Position numbers and translations under genes: made by a program
Assembly (NCBI GenBank): GCA_002189035.1
Contig: CM007990.1
Location: 5,642,001 to 5,706,000 of the forward strand
Direction of reading: 5' to 3'
Source: Utricularia gibba
Lineage: Eukaryota > Plantae > Magnoliophyta
Length of the DNA: 64,000 bases
Notes under the pieces: generated by a model
What the model was told of the DNA's origin: nothing
What the model saw: the letters and a program-made list of their open reading frames with translations, nothing else
The model's database searches: none
In this document: positions 10,941 through 22,786 of the stretch, piece by piece
Position numbering within the stretch: the first letter of the stretch is position 1
Layout: each line of letters starts with the position of its first letter

Positions 10941-11343
10941 TTCACAGTTTCGCAATAAAAACCGAATTTCTTAGCTTTTAAAAATGCTGTCGAAAATTGG
11001 TTTGCTTTTCTTTTCTATTTTTTGAAGGAAAAAAAATAACCCAATGGATCTAACAACTCCATTAAGGTTTTCGTAGAACGCGAAAAAGGGGGTTGGGGAG
11101 ATGACTTGTAAACTAACCAGGGGCTAATCATCCGTCCTTTAGAGCCTGGCAAAATGCATTATTGGAATTAAATTAATAATATTTGGAATTTGAATAAGAA
11201 TTTTATGGGATTAATATTCCAATGGGTCCCACGTCTGATGTGTTGAATCATAAAATGGGGACGAGGAGCGCTATCTCTCACAGCTACCATTCCTTGTTGA
11301 ACGGGAAAAAGGGGTGTGTACTAAGCACAGATCTTCCTCGGTA

Positions 11344-12768
11344 ATGGCGTCCGCCGTCTCCGACCGCCACGTGGTGTTGTTTCCGACGCCGGGGATGGGG
11401 CACCTCATCCCTCTTCTGGAATTCGCGAATCAGCTCTGTTCGCGCCACGGTTTCACTGCCACCTTCGTCGTCCCCTCCGACGGCCCTCTGCCCGCCGCGC
11501 AATCTGCTTTCCTCAACTCGCTTCCGCCGCATCTCAACCACATAATTCTCCCCGCTGTGGATTTGACCGACTTGCCGGCAGACGCCAAGATCGAGACACG
11601 TATCTGTGTCGGCGTCGCGAGGTCGGTGCCGGCCCTTCGTGACGCCCTGAAATCCCTGATCCAATCAGGGAACAAGGTTTTGGCCTTCATCGCTGATTTG
11701 TTCGGATTAGATGGGTTTGACGCCGCCTCAGAATTTGGGATTCCGAACTACCTGTTTTTCCCGTCCACCGCCACACTTTTATCATTTTTTATTCATTTGC
11801 CGGAGGTCGACAAAGCCGTGGATTGTGAGTTCAGAGAAATGAAGGATAAGCTTATAATTCCGGGATGCACTCCGATCCACGGCAGGGATCTTCTGGACCC
11901 GGTTCAGGATCGGAAATCCGACGCCTACAAATGGGTTCTCCATAACTGCAAGAAGTACAGAACCGCTGAAGGAATCATCGTCAACAGTTTCAGAGACCTG
12001 GAGCCTGGTCCAATTGAAGCTCTGCAGAATCAGAAAGAGGGGATGCCCCCGGTTTACGCCGTTGGGCCGCTAATCCGACCGAAATCGGAAACTGTCCAGT
12101 CACTGCCGTGTTTGAACTGGCTCGACGAGCAGCCGATTGGATCCGTTGTGTTCGTTTCGTTTGGGTCCGCCGGTACTCTGTCTCACGATCAAATCATCGA
12201 ACTTGCTCACGGATTACAAATCAGCGGTCACAAATTCCTCTGGGTTATCCGCTGCCCAAGCGTCTCCTCCGCTTCTAACGAGGCCTATTTCCGGAGTCAT
12301 AATTCTGACGACCCGCTGTCATACCTGCCGGAGGGGTTCGTGGAGGCGACGCGCGACCAAGGGTTTTTCCTTCCGTCGTGGGCGCCGCAGACGGAGATTC
12401 TCGCCCACCCCTCCACCGCCGCATTTTTGACGCATTGTGGGTGGAATTCCACCCTCGAAAGCGTAGTCAATGGGATTCCGACGATCGCGTGGCCGCTGTT
12501 CGCGGAGCAGAGAATGAACGCGGTGTTGCTCGAGGAGAATGTCAAGATTGCACTAAGGCCGAAGGTGGCGGACAACGGGCTGGTGGAGAGACATGAAATA
12601 GCGGAGGTTGTCAAAAGACTGATGCAAGGGGAAGAAGCCCAGGCGCTCCACCGCAGAGCCAGGGAGTTGAAGGCCGCCGCGGAGAGTGCCCTCCGCGACG
12701 GCGGCGCCTCCGTCGTGGCCATCGACAAGCTGGCGCGCAAATGGATGAACACAGCGTTGAGTAGTTGA
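11344..12768 (+). CDS. UGT72B: UGT72B / hydroquinone glucosyltransferase-like, copy B (474 aa, intronless)
   Basis: FPTPGMGHLIPLLEF, IADLFG, PSPG WAPQTEILAHPSTAAFLTHCGWNSTLESVVNGIPTIAWPLFAEQ. Clear paralog of copy A. The ATG at 11344 aligns with the copy A start. Confidence 0.94.
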   Translation: MASAVSDRHVVLFPTPGMGHLIPLLEFANQLCSRHGFTATFVVPSDGPLPAAQSAFLNSLPPHLNHIILPAVDLTDLPADAKIETRICVGVARSVPALRDALKSLIQSGNKVLAFIADLFGLDGFDAASEFGIPNYLFFPSTATLLSFFIHLPEVDKAVDCEFREMKDKLIIPGCTPIHGRDLLDPVQDRKSDAYKWVLHNCKKYRTAEGIIVNSFRDLEPGPIEALQNQKEGMPPVYAVGPLIRPKSETVQSLPCLNWLDEQPIGSVVFVSFGSAGTLSHDQIIELAHGLQISGHKFLWVIRCPSVSSASNEAYFRSHNSDDPLSYLPEGFVEATRDQGFFLPSWAPQTEILAHPSTAAFLTHCGWNSTLESVVNGIPTIAWPLFAEQRMNAVLLEENVKIALRPKVADNGLVERHEIAEVVKRLMQGEEAQALHRRARELKAAAESALRDGGASVVAIDKLARKWMNTALSS

Positions 12769-13886
12769 AAGCCTTTAATTCAGTTAGTTGGCTGTTGCCT
12801 GACAATGGAATAACGACAAAATACTGGGGGGGATTTGCAATTTCAATTATCTTTTCTTTGCCCCTGTGGATGAAATCCTTGTGAACCCATATACCACCTG
12901 TCGTCCGCGTTTAGGTCAACGGCCAAAGTGTTTGTACAACAGTAAAGTATTACCCCAATTAGTAAGTAATTAATTATAATAATCACCCCCTAGATTACTC
13001 TAAGCAAGTGCCCTTTTCATGTGTGAAAACAATTAAAACATCTTAACATTAACGAATGTAATGACTTGTACTCTTTTTATATATATTCTTTGCTTAGATC
13101 ATCCAATTTTAATGATTTAGAAAATTTCTATATGTAAATTATTTTTATATCTTATACTTAATTAATGTAGAATTCGTCTAAAATACTATATACTTTATTG
13201 GGCCGGGCTCTTTCACCTCTTTTAGAAAATAGTTCCCATCGATGGTTGCCCCATTACCGGTTATTGGTTTGGGTTTGGTTGTTATTCAATTTTAAACATC
13301 ATTAGAATAAATAATACGGACTAACTACCTAATTTTCCTCTTTCCTACCCATTCATGTTAAAGTATTATATTTTTGGAAATAATGTTTAATAATAGTAAA
13401 TATATTATTAATGTTACATTGGTAGGTCATGCGCTGCTAATCTCAAATTAGAATTATAATGTGTGTATTAAAAATAAATAATTACACTTATTTTTGTCAT
13501 TCGAAAAATATTACATTTATAGTAATAAAATATCAATTTATTAAGAAATTATTCAATAACTATGAAACGGAAATATATCCCGATAAGGTGGGATGGGCCC
13601 CTGAGGAAAAGCCGCGTAATAAAAAGTCAACGCTGTTTAACGGCGGCGGCAGCGTGGGTGACCTGAAGACGACTCCCGTAGCCTGTGTGTTGTGTATCTA
13701 CGAATTAGGGAAAGAAGGTTAAAAAACAGCAGAAGCCGGAAGAGCCGATCGGACGCTGCCTTTAAATTGCGGTTATCGGCGACGATCGATCATTTGCCGC
13801 CGTCGTGTCCTTTGAGCTTCCAATTCTCCGCTACGGAAGACGCTACTCTTACTTCATCAATCGAGATTTCGTTTTTCCGATGCAAT

Positions 13887-16173
13887 ATGATGCATCGGTT
13901 TCCTAAGATCTTCCCAGTCACGAGGCATCCGGCGGATTCCGCCTCACCTTCTAAAACGAAGAGGCGCCACCGGCATAATCCCTTCAGAGGCGCTGATTCG
14001 CCGACTACAACTTCGCCTTCGTATCACTCCTGCTCGGAGCAGGAATCTCCAGTAGCTAGTCTTGTGGCCTACGACAGTAGCAGTCGGAGCTTTCGTGTTG
14101 ATGGGAATGAGCAGGATCTGGAGGTACTCTGCAAATCGCTTGGATTTTCTGAGATTTCTGATTTCTCTATAGCCCCTGAGGAATACGAAGAATTGAAGTG
14201 CGGGTCTTCCCCTCTTCACGGTGTTTTTCCCAAGCTACAGTTTACAGATTCGCAAGCTGAGGATGATTTAGTTGATTCTGTGAGGCGTCCGTCTGATGCC
14301 GTGGCTCCTAGGGTTCGAGATGGTGCTATTCATGAAACAGGGGATGTTGTGGCTATTGGCGATGTCATTCACAATGATAGAATTAGGGATGATATTGTCG
14401 GCCCTAGTGTGAATTTTGAAACAGGTGAACGTGCAAGGACTGGAAAATCCAAAGCAATGCGTGAAAATGATCTAAAGGGTTTACGGCCACCGGAATTGGT
14501 GCGACCACTATTAAGGGCATTGATCCTGGCAGATGAAGATTCTAGTGCTTGGGATTTATCTAGACTTGAAACAGGGCTATCTGTGAAAGATAATGATGCT
14601 GGGATTCAAGATGGTGTTGAGGATGATGATATAAGAAGAAGGATCATGGTGAATGAAGAAAACCCTTTGCTTTCAGGATCGTGTTCCTTCACTACAACTT
14701 CGGCTGATGATGATACATCAAGTACAACAACAGAACGAATGTCCAATATTTCTCCTACTGGGAAATGTGGAGTTGTTATTGGCGACTGGCAGAAGGGTGA
14801 TCTTATTGGTCATGGATCGGTTGGGTCTGTTTATGAAGGTTATGCAGAGTAAGGGTTTGCAGAATATTTTTATTTGTGAATTTGAAATGGACATAAGTTT
14901 TATAGGGACCAGCTAGACGTTGTTCTTAATACTCGTTTACTGCTTATTTTACTGGCACAGTTGTGGACTAATTTTTGCTGTGAAGCAAGTCTCTCTTCTT
15001 GATCAAGGGGAAGAGGGGAAGCAACGGATTTTTCAACTTCAGCAGGTTTGAAACGTTCATTGGTTTGGTACTTTCATAGGCTACTGGAATTTCCTTTCAC
15101 TCTTGTGTATAATGTGTCAGGAAATTGCTCTCTTGAGTCAATTTGAACACAAGAACATTGTCCGCTACTACGGCACAAAAAGGGTTAGATACTAAGACAT
15201 GTGAAACCATATGGTGCTTGATGCTCTTACGCTATCCGCCTTAAAGTTGCCGTGCTCTTCTCGTAGGATGAATCTAGTCTTTATATTTTTCTTGAGTTGG
15301 TGCCTAAGGGCTCTCTGCTGAGTCTTTACAAGAAATACGATCTTCGCGTCACCCAAGTAGCTAATTACACGAGGCAGATTCTTCGTGGTCTCAAGTACCT
15401 GCACGACAGAAACATCATCCACAGGTGACTGTCTCTTTTCAGAGACCATTGCTCTTGTATTATCTATCCCTAAAGCTCTCTCTTATCTTCTTCCATTGTT
15501 CACCCTTTCAGAGACATCAAATGTGCAAACATATTAGTAGAGACTAATCGCTCCGTGAAGCTTGCAGATTTTGGTCTTGCAAAGGTGAAATCTTTATGCT
15601 CCACATTCTCTTCTTTTTTCCATCCTATACACCATACACCCTCGCCATTGATCACAAAACCGTTAACGCACACAGGTGATTGAACTGAACGATGTGATAT
15701 CCTGCAAGGGGACTGCTTTCTGGATGGCGCCTGAGGTCCATTTTACTTCTAACAACTCACTGCATGCACAGGACTCTTACTCACTATTGTCAACATCCCT
15801 TTCCGCTGGTGCAGATTGTTAGAGGGCAGGGGTATGGGCTCACTGCAGACATATGGAGCTTGGGGTGCACTGTGTTGGAGATGCTAACAAGAAGCTTCCC
15901 ATACTCCAACATAGAAAGAGTGAGTAGACCTCCACAAAGAAACTAAGATGTGTTGTGTGAACTGCAACTTACAAGTGCTTCCTTTTTCTTTTTCCTCCGG
16001 GTTGTCAGATGGCTGCATTGTACAAGATAGGGAGTGGGGAGAGGCCACCGATTCCCAACTCCGTTTCAGGCGATGCGCGTGCCTTCATACTCCAATGCCT
16101 ACAAATCGACCCAACTCATCGCCCAACAGCCACCCAACTCTTGGACCACTCCTTTGTCAAGAGAACAGGCTGA
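13887..16173 (+). CDS. MEKK1-like: MEKK1-like MAP kinase kinase kinase
   Basis: Long first exon ending WQKGDLIGHGSVGSVYEGY. Spliced kinase exons: FAVKQVSLLDQG, EIALLSQFEH.NIVRYYG, YLHDRNIIHRDIKCANIL, KLADFGLAK, SCKGTAFWMAPE, ADIWSLGCTVLEMLT. TGA at 16171-16173. Confidence 0.92.
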
Positions 16174-16531
16174 TGCGCTGCACGAGCAGCCTGTTCAGAA
16201 TTTTTTGCCCTTAGGATTAGAAAATGGTATAGTAGTAGGCACTTTCAGAGCCCCAAATGCTGCTGCCCAAGTCACATTTGTACCCACACACACAGGTCAT
16301 CACAACACATGCTTGAACAAAATACACAGACAGATGTTAAAAAAATAGCTTCAGCCTGGTGGCATTTTGATTAGGTGGAGTTTTGTTGGATTAGTACTAA
16401 GTAAGCACACTCGATCACACGGACATGCAGTGCCACTCCATCCGGCAAAACAATCATCAGATTCTCTGTGTTTTGTGTGTGTGTGGATATATATTTGTAT
16501 TATCATCACGCCATGGAGTATAGCTGCTCAT

Positions 16532-19500
16532 CTAGATTGTGATCGGACCGAATATATCTGGGCATGATTCCCAGTTGCCTTGTTCCCTGGCTTCCCAGTA
16601 TCCACCAGTGTATCGATACGCATCGGTTTCCTCATCTTTGGCAAACCATCTTGGTTTCCATCCTCGCTCTTGCATCTTCCTCGCCTTTTGCAAAAGATGA
16701 GACAAGCAGAGTGAAACACATACGAACACAGAACCAGTAGCTGTTGCTAATGTCGCCTGGATATTACCTGGCGCTGCCGCTGCTCTAGTCTGAGTTTTTC
16801 AACATTTGCCATCTCATACTCACCATTTTCCAAGAAACGCTGGTCAGGCCTGAGTCTGGAATCTGTTGGGGGGAGTTTCTCCTGAAAGCATCTCATGGTG
16901 TTACTTATCATGATAGTGGTGTAAGAAAGCAAGCTATCAACATGCTTCACCTTTAGGCCGGGAGTCAGCTCATTCAATGTGATCGCAAAGCGAGTCAGAT
17001 TGTAACGGGTGGGACATTTGGGGGGCTTGTTGCACTTCCACAACAGGTGAGCTTCTGAATGAGAATCATTGCATTTCCCATTTGGGGTGTGCAGCTCGTG
17101 TATGAAATGCATGCTTTCATCCCATTTTCCATATAGCGTAGCTACGGTCTTTCCATTTTTGTCTTGTACCACTCCTTGCACCTGGAAGTATATCCATTGG
17201 ATGCCGGCGGCAAAAAGACTAACTTGGCCAATTATGTACTGGCAGGAAGGCATCGTTCGTAGAGAGTTCTAAAAGAATAAAGTGAAAAGCTGGGTACCTG
17301 ATGAGGGTTTCTGTCTATGATAGACTGCTCCTTGAATTTAAGTTTGCAAGAGTAGTTGCTGTTTCCTTGTATACGCATGGTGCCATAGTGATCGCAGTAC
17401 AATTTTCCCAGAATCAGGTTGTATATAGATGTTGTTACCTGATTAAAGAAAGAGGGTGTTTTCCTTATCAGAAAAAAACTTTAAAATGCACTCCGTAAAT
17501 GAAAAAAAAATACCTTGCTCCATTGGAAGACCTCTCCATCATCAAACTCGAGAACTAGCATTCCTACTGGGTCCAGCTGAATAGAACGTCCCCAGAACTT
17601 ACTTTTCAGATTGCTATCACCGTAGAACTTCCAGCCTGTGCCCTCACAATGACAGGCCACGATCATGGGATGATGACTCACCTGCCACAAACGGCATAAC
17701 CGGGCCCATTCAAGTTACAAACTTGAGCATAGCTAACGACGTCACAAGTAACCTTGAACTAATTAGAAACATTAAAAGTGAATTTCTGGGCAAAGGCTCA
17801 AGAGAGTTTATCAGGCATAAAGCTCAAAATGCTTGCCTATAAAATAAATTATACCTTCTCTGAGAAGAAACGCAGGCCCTTATCTGGGAAGTCAGCTTCG
17901 TAAGTCTCCCCTAACAAGGGATTAAACGGTTTGCATATCCTTCCATCAGTAGATGCATATCCGGATACAGCAAAAGCTGCTACATTCAGAATCCTCATTA
18001 GGCTGTTACCCTATCCAGAGAAAAGAAACACCGTGAACAAAAAAAGGAAACATAGCTAAATAAACCCAGAACCATCCAAAGATAATATGGAGAGTAGGAA
18101 ATAGTTGAAAGTAAAGCAACCAAACTGGACTGTACCAACTTACTCTCTTTCCCCATTCATAAGCTCGATCAAGAAGATATGAATATTCCAAATCCTCAAA
18201 ACATTTCTGCAGAGATGATAGAGGCTCGTTGAAGAATACAGGAAGACAAACTCGTGTAAGATCCTTGCCTATGTTATCCTTAATCATTGACCACAAGCTC
18301 ACTCCTTTCTCTATCTCAACAGGACTGGGTAACATTTTCCGGCGTTTAACATGAGGAAAGTTTCTACCGGCATATCTAATTGCAGGATCATCACCACCCT
18401 CCGTATCAAAATCATATATCTCATCATCCCCTGATGAAAATGATGACGTTCTAACCTCAGAGCCATTGCTTTTAAAAGAACTAGATGAAAGGAAATCCCT
18501 GGTGTCAAAAAATGTACTGTATTCCTCGTCAGTATCTTCTTCAGCACCATCAACCCTTTCATTCTCATCTTCAGATTCACTAGCACTTTCTACAAGAGGA
18601 ACGCAAAAAAATGCATCAAAGTCTCTTATCTATGCTTTTCTAAATGCCAAAACCAGATGTAACTGCAAAAAAAGTAACAGAATATACAGTTGTCGCAAAA
18701 CTAAAATAGAAGAAATGAATAAAAAAAGGAAGAAACTCTGGTAAATGCTCCTAAACCAATAGAATTTGTACATCATGCCTTCAATTAAAACAAGTAGAAC
18801 ATCCAAGGGTCATGCTTACCGCTGTACTTATCTTGCCTAGGAATAACGGATGCTCCAACACCTTGTATCTGCCTTTGGCTTTCGTCAACAACAGTGTTCT
18901 CCAAGTCCACCTTTTCTGTCTATTAAAAAACAAAAAAGCAACCACCTTTAGCCAACCACGGTAAGTCAACGAAAGAACACCGGATATCCGAATAATGAAT
19001 GAATAAAGAAGTACAAGTGGAGATAAAGTAAGTATCAGATCCCCATGAAGAAACGTAATTTGATCTGCACACCTCAAGCTGTCGAAGGGTATCCATAAGG
19101 CGCCAGCACTTATGCTTCAGTAGCAACAATTGGCTTTGAATTGATGCAAACTCACTTTTCATGATCTGTTCAGTATCCTGAATGCAAACCTCACTTACAC
19201 CTTCTTCCAGCAATCTTCGTCTCAACCTTTCTGTAGAGATGGACATGTTATCCACTGGAGCCATTAGCTCACTGTTTGATATCCTTGGGAACATGTCCTT
19301 CACAGCTTGCAAGGTTTCCATCCATGCCAGACGATCCTCTCTGCTCTCAGCCCGCAGACGAAGTGTCTTTGTTCCAGTAAAAATTGAGAACCTCCTATCA
19401 TCTGATCGACTCTCACGGATAGATGAAACCTACAAAATAACAGTCAATCAGATAACAATAATATCTTTTGGACATACAGGATAAGGAGATTCAAAAAATC

Positions 19501-20090
19501 TCTCAAAGACAGCAATTCCATACAAACAAGCCATCAAGTTATCCATTGTGTAGAAGCCAAGTAAGACAAAGCAAATAAGGGAACCGAATAACCTTCAAAT
19601 GGATTTCGCCAACGGGTTTCCTGTTTTTACAAAAATGATTACTGTTACCATCTTTGTGATGATAACGGGTGCTGTTCTGCCTTGAAATCCGCCTCATAGA
19701 TTCTTCTCCAATAACTCTGCATCCCTTCTCAGTCTCTTCACTGATAACAATCCTATCCGGCCCATGAATCTTATAATAACTAAGCACTCCATCAAGCAAA
19801 ACAAACCATCTAGGCCTCCACCCCTTACCATAATTCACCCATTTATACAACACTCCCGACACGCCGTTGCCCACAATATCATTGATCTTCAGATCAATAT
19901 TATGCTGACTATGACTCTGACCATTACTGTTAACGAGGGCAGCAGCAGACTGAATCTCATCACGCACCGCAGTCGCCCTGGCGGCGCACGAACTCTGACC
20001 TCTCCCCTGCGGATCGGAAGACGTCAGAGCCAGATTCATATCGGAGTTGTTGTGCATAGTCATCGGCGAAACACAACAAAACGGGTGCAT
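16532..20090 (-). CDS. ORP1: Oxysterol-binding protein-related protein, ORP1 type (PH + ORD domains)
   Basis: MHPFCC start; PH domain [20 protein letters not shown]; FFAT-like TFFDTRD; ORD motifs [66 protein letters not shown]. Exon phases checked. Confidence 0.95.
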
Positions 20091-21015
20091 TTCAATAACA
20101 CCAAGATCAGCATAACTCAAACATCAATCACCCAATCAACAGCCACACTAGAAAGCAAATTCCTTCCTCAGGAATAGAATCCGGTACGCCGCGGCGACGA
20201 AGCAGATTCCGATTCCGATTCCGGTGAGCGGAGGGGGAATTTGACTTCGGGTTTCTAGAAATACACCGTCTTTAAATCTACTCTCCTTGTCCCCGCACCT
20301 AATCTACCTCCAAATAACATTTACAAATGACCTGCCGGCTCCGGCGATTATTCCTATTAGAATATCCGCCTTCTTGTTCCCAGTTTTTTCAAATAAACAA
20401 TATATTCTGCTAATATTTTCCAGAGTATCAATAAATGCAAAAGACACTGACAATGGACAACTTGTTATTAAATTATTATAAATGAATTATAAAAGTGCTG
20501 GGAAAATTATGCCATCATGTTTACTTTAAAGAGCCAGATGTGGCATTATCTCTGGCTCATCCAAAGCGTAGGAGCACCAGCTGTGGGAGGATTTTGGTGA
20601 GCTCTGGCCATGGCGAAACCTGCAGGGACACCATAGTCGTTGTTAGCTTGGAAATCATCTTAAAGCAATGCCATTAATGTGATGTGGTGTCACATGTTGG
20701 GGCACAGCTAAAGCACAGAGACGGGTATAGAGACATGGGGCATGGTGGATTCTAACCAAGACCAAAGTTCAACAGAGAAAGGGAAAGGGTAGACAGGAAT
20801 AGGGGAAAATATGAACTGGAATCCATTCAAAATCCACTTTGGGGGTCAAGTATTCTACTGTTTTCAGAGCATTTGAGCCTTTAATACCACTTATGTACAG
20901 CACTAATGAAGGCTACAGCACATTAAAAAAAATCGAAAATTTTAGCTGAATGAGCATGGAAGATGTTTGATCACATGTAACTATCGGGGACATCAACTAG
21001 ACTTACTCCAATTCC

Positions 21016-21022
21016 TATATAA
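21016..21022 (+). promoter_or_regulatory. TATA box of the GASA gene
   Basis: TATATAA 75 nt upstream of ATG 21091. Confidence 0.6.
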
Positions 21023-21090
21023 GCGAAGTAAAGCTTGAACTCCATTACCTCAAGAGCTATCAATCTGCCTGTCGACATTTCCATCTCACC

Positions 21091-21357
21091 ATGAAGCCAC
21101 CCTTCCACACACTCGCTCTTCTCATCCTGATGCTGCTTGTTGCTCTGATTCCATCATCCACTGTTGGGGATGGCTTCTGTGATTCCAAGTGTGCTGTGCG
21201 GTGCTCCAAAGCAGGGCGCCAGAATCGCTGTCTCAAATACTGTGGAATATGCTGCCAGAAGTGCAGGTGCGTACCATCTGGGACTTATGGGAACAAGGAC
21301 GAGTGCCCCTGTTACAGAGACTTGAGAAACCCTAAAGGAACCCCCAAATGCCCATGA
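21091..21357 (+). CDS. GASA: GASA/snakin cysteine-rich secreted peptide (snakin-1/peamaclein type), 88 aa
   Basis: Signal peptide followed by a 12-Cys GASA domain: [49 protein letters not shown]. Uninterrupted ORF. Confidence 0.95.
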   Translation: MKPPFHTLALLILMLLVALIPSSTVGDGFCDSKCAVRCSKAGRQNRCLKYCGICCQKCRCVPSGTYGNKDECPCYRDLRNPKGTPKCP

Positions 21358-21776
21358 ACATGATCAATCAAGCATCAGCTACTTGCCCATGTTCCATAAA
21401 GTTCTCACCTGCATCTGTAATCCTACTACATGAATAAAGAGGGCTACACATTTCTCACACGAGAAATGCATACCTTGTTACTATACATTTCGTCTCAGAA
21501 AGTACATGCAAACCACGCTGCTTAAAGCACATCACCATCACACAAACTAGCTTTATCTTTACTGATTCATGCTGATCATAATCACATGATCATATAGCAG
21601 GATGATCTTAGATGTTTGCAGGAGTGCTGCGGTATACTAATAGAAACAAGACTCTTCTGAAACATTGCATACAGTATGCTGAAACGTGAACAGAGGGTTT
21701 GTGAATGATCAAACATTCAGAAGCGAATTTCGTCCAGATAAGTAAACAAAGTTTAACAAATCAGAGAAGAGACGTT

Positions 21777-22113
21777 TCACGTTTCAGTACTGGAATCCAA
21801 TGGCGGCTGGGACATCATCATCTTTTGGCGTTCTGCGTGTTCCCTCTCGCAGGCGGTGATCCCCACAATGATATCAACCATTGTGCCCGTGGTGCCGAAG
21901 AACACAAGCGGCCCCAGAGATTTACGCTTGATACCCACCGGGATTGCGATCAAAGCCCCCGCAATCGAGAAAACCCAAGTCCCTAGGGCACTGAAAACGC
22001 ATTTTTCGATTCTTCACCGTTCCGGAAAGCGAAAAAACAGGAAAATTACAAACCATAACATACTTCGCCACGGTACAGTCATCGAGTTGCTTCACATCCC
22101 CCTTCTCACCCAT
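21777..22113 (-). CDS. Small conserved plant membrane protein of unknown function (87 aa, 2 exons); not shown as such in the ORF track
   Basis: Exons 22113-22064 and 21990-21777 with a 73-nt GT-AG intron. Product: MGEKGDVKQLDDCTVANALGTWVFSIAGALIAIPVGIKRKSLGPLVFFGTTGTMVDIIVGITACEREHAERQKMMMSQPPLDSSTET. Confidence 0.85.
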
Positions 22114-22786
22114 CACGGTTTTCGCGCTAATTTCAGCCCTTCCCCAAAACCACACTACTCGGCAACGGAGGAAAAACCAGGCGGCGAAGACGACAACTTT
22201 CTGGGCTTTTGCACCTCATCAAATGGGCCGATGTAATGAAACGTCGCCAAGCCCATCACGATCCAACTCCAGCGGGACAGCCATGTGGGACCCACACTTA
22301 CAAAGGCAACCCTTCTAAAACCAACTCATTCCTTATCAACTTACCATAATAATTTATACCTTCTAAATATATATCAAATTTTATTTTACCGATATTGATT
22401 TTTTAGAATCAATTCAATTCTATCGAAAAAGTACAAAATGGTAACTTCTCTATCAATTAATATTTTTTTAGAATTTATTCTATATTTATGTCTATTTTTT
22501 GATAAAATAATTACAATCATTATTATTTTTAAATTGCTTTTTTATAATGACATATTTATGTAATATTTTTGTAATATAAATGATTTATAAAATAAGATTG
22601 TTAATAAATGTGGATAAATATATCATTTATGTATAAAAATTAAATATAATATTAATTTCCATTTTACAAAAGTTTTTAGTAAGGTGGGAAAACGTTATTG
22701 TATAAAAAGTATGGTAGTGCCATATAGAACAGTACCGTCGCCGCCGATACCCAACCGCTGGCCGTGGAAACTGCCGAGAACTGAGA

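Noticed and set aside
6256-12752. Long antisense and alternate-frame ORFs over both UGT genes (e.g. 6256-6633, 11284-11664, 12297-12752)
   Set aside because: Shadows of GC-rich coding sequence with no independent motifs.
13692-13886. Upstream in-frame extensions in the ORF track for MEKK, UGT B, ORP and LYM1
   Set aside because: They start at GTG/TTG in UTR-like sequence; downstream ATGs match family N-termini.
16500-16550. Possible extra frameshift at the ORP1 C-terminus (GPITI* vs GPDHNLDEQ..)
   Set aside because: The run is only CC and the tail is variable in the family, so there is no firm expected sequence.
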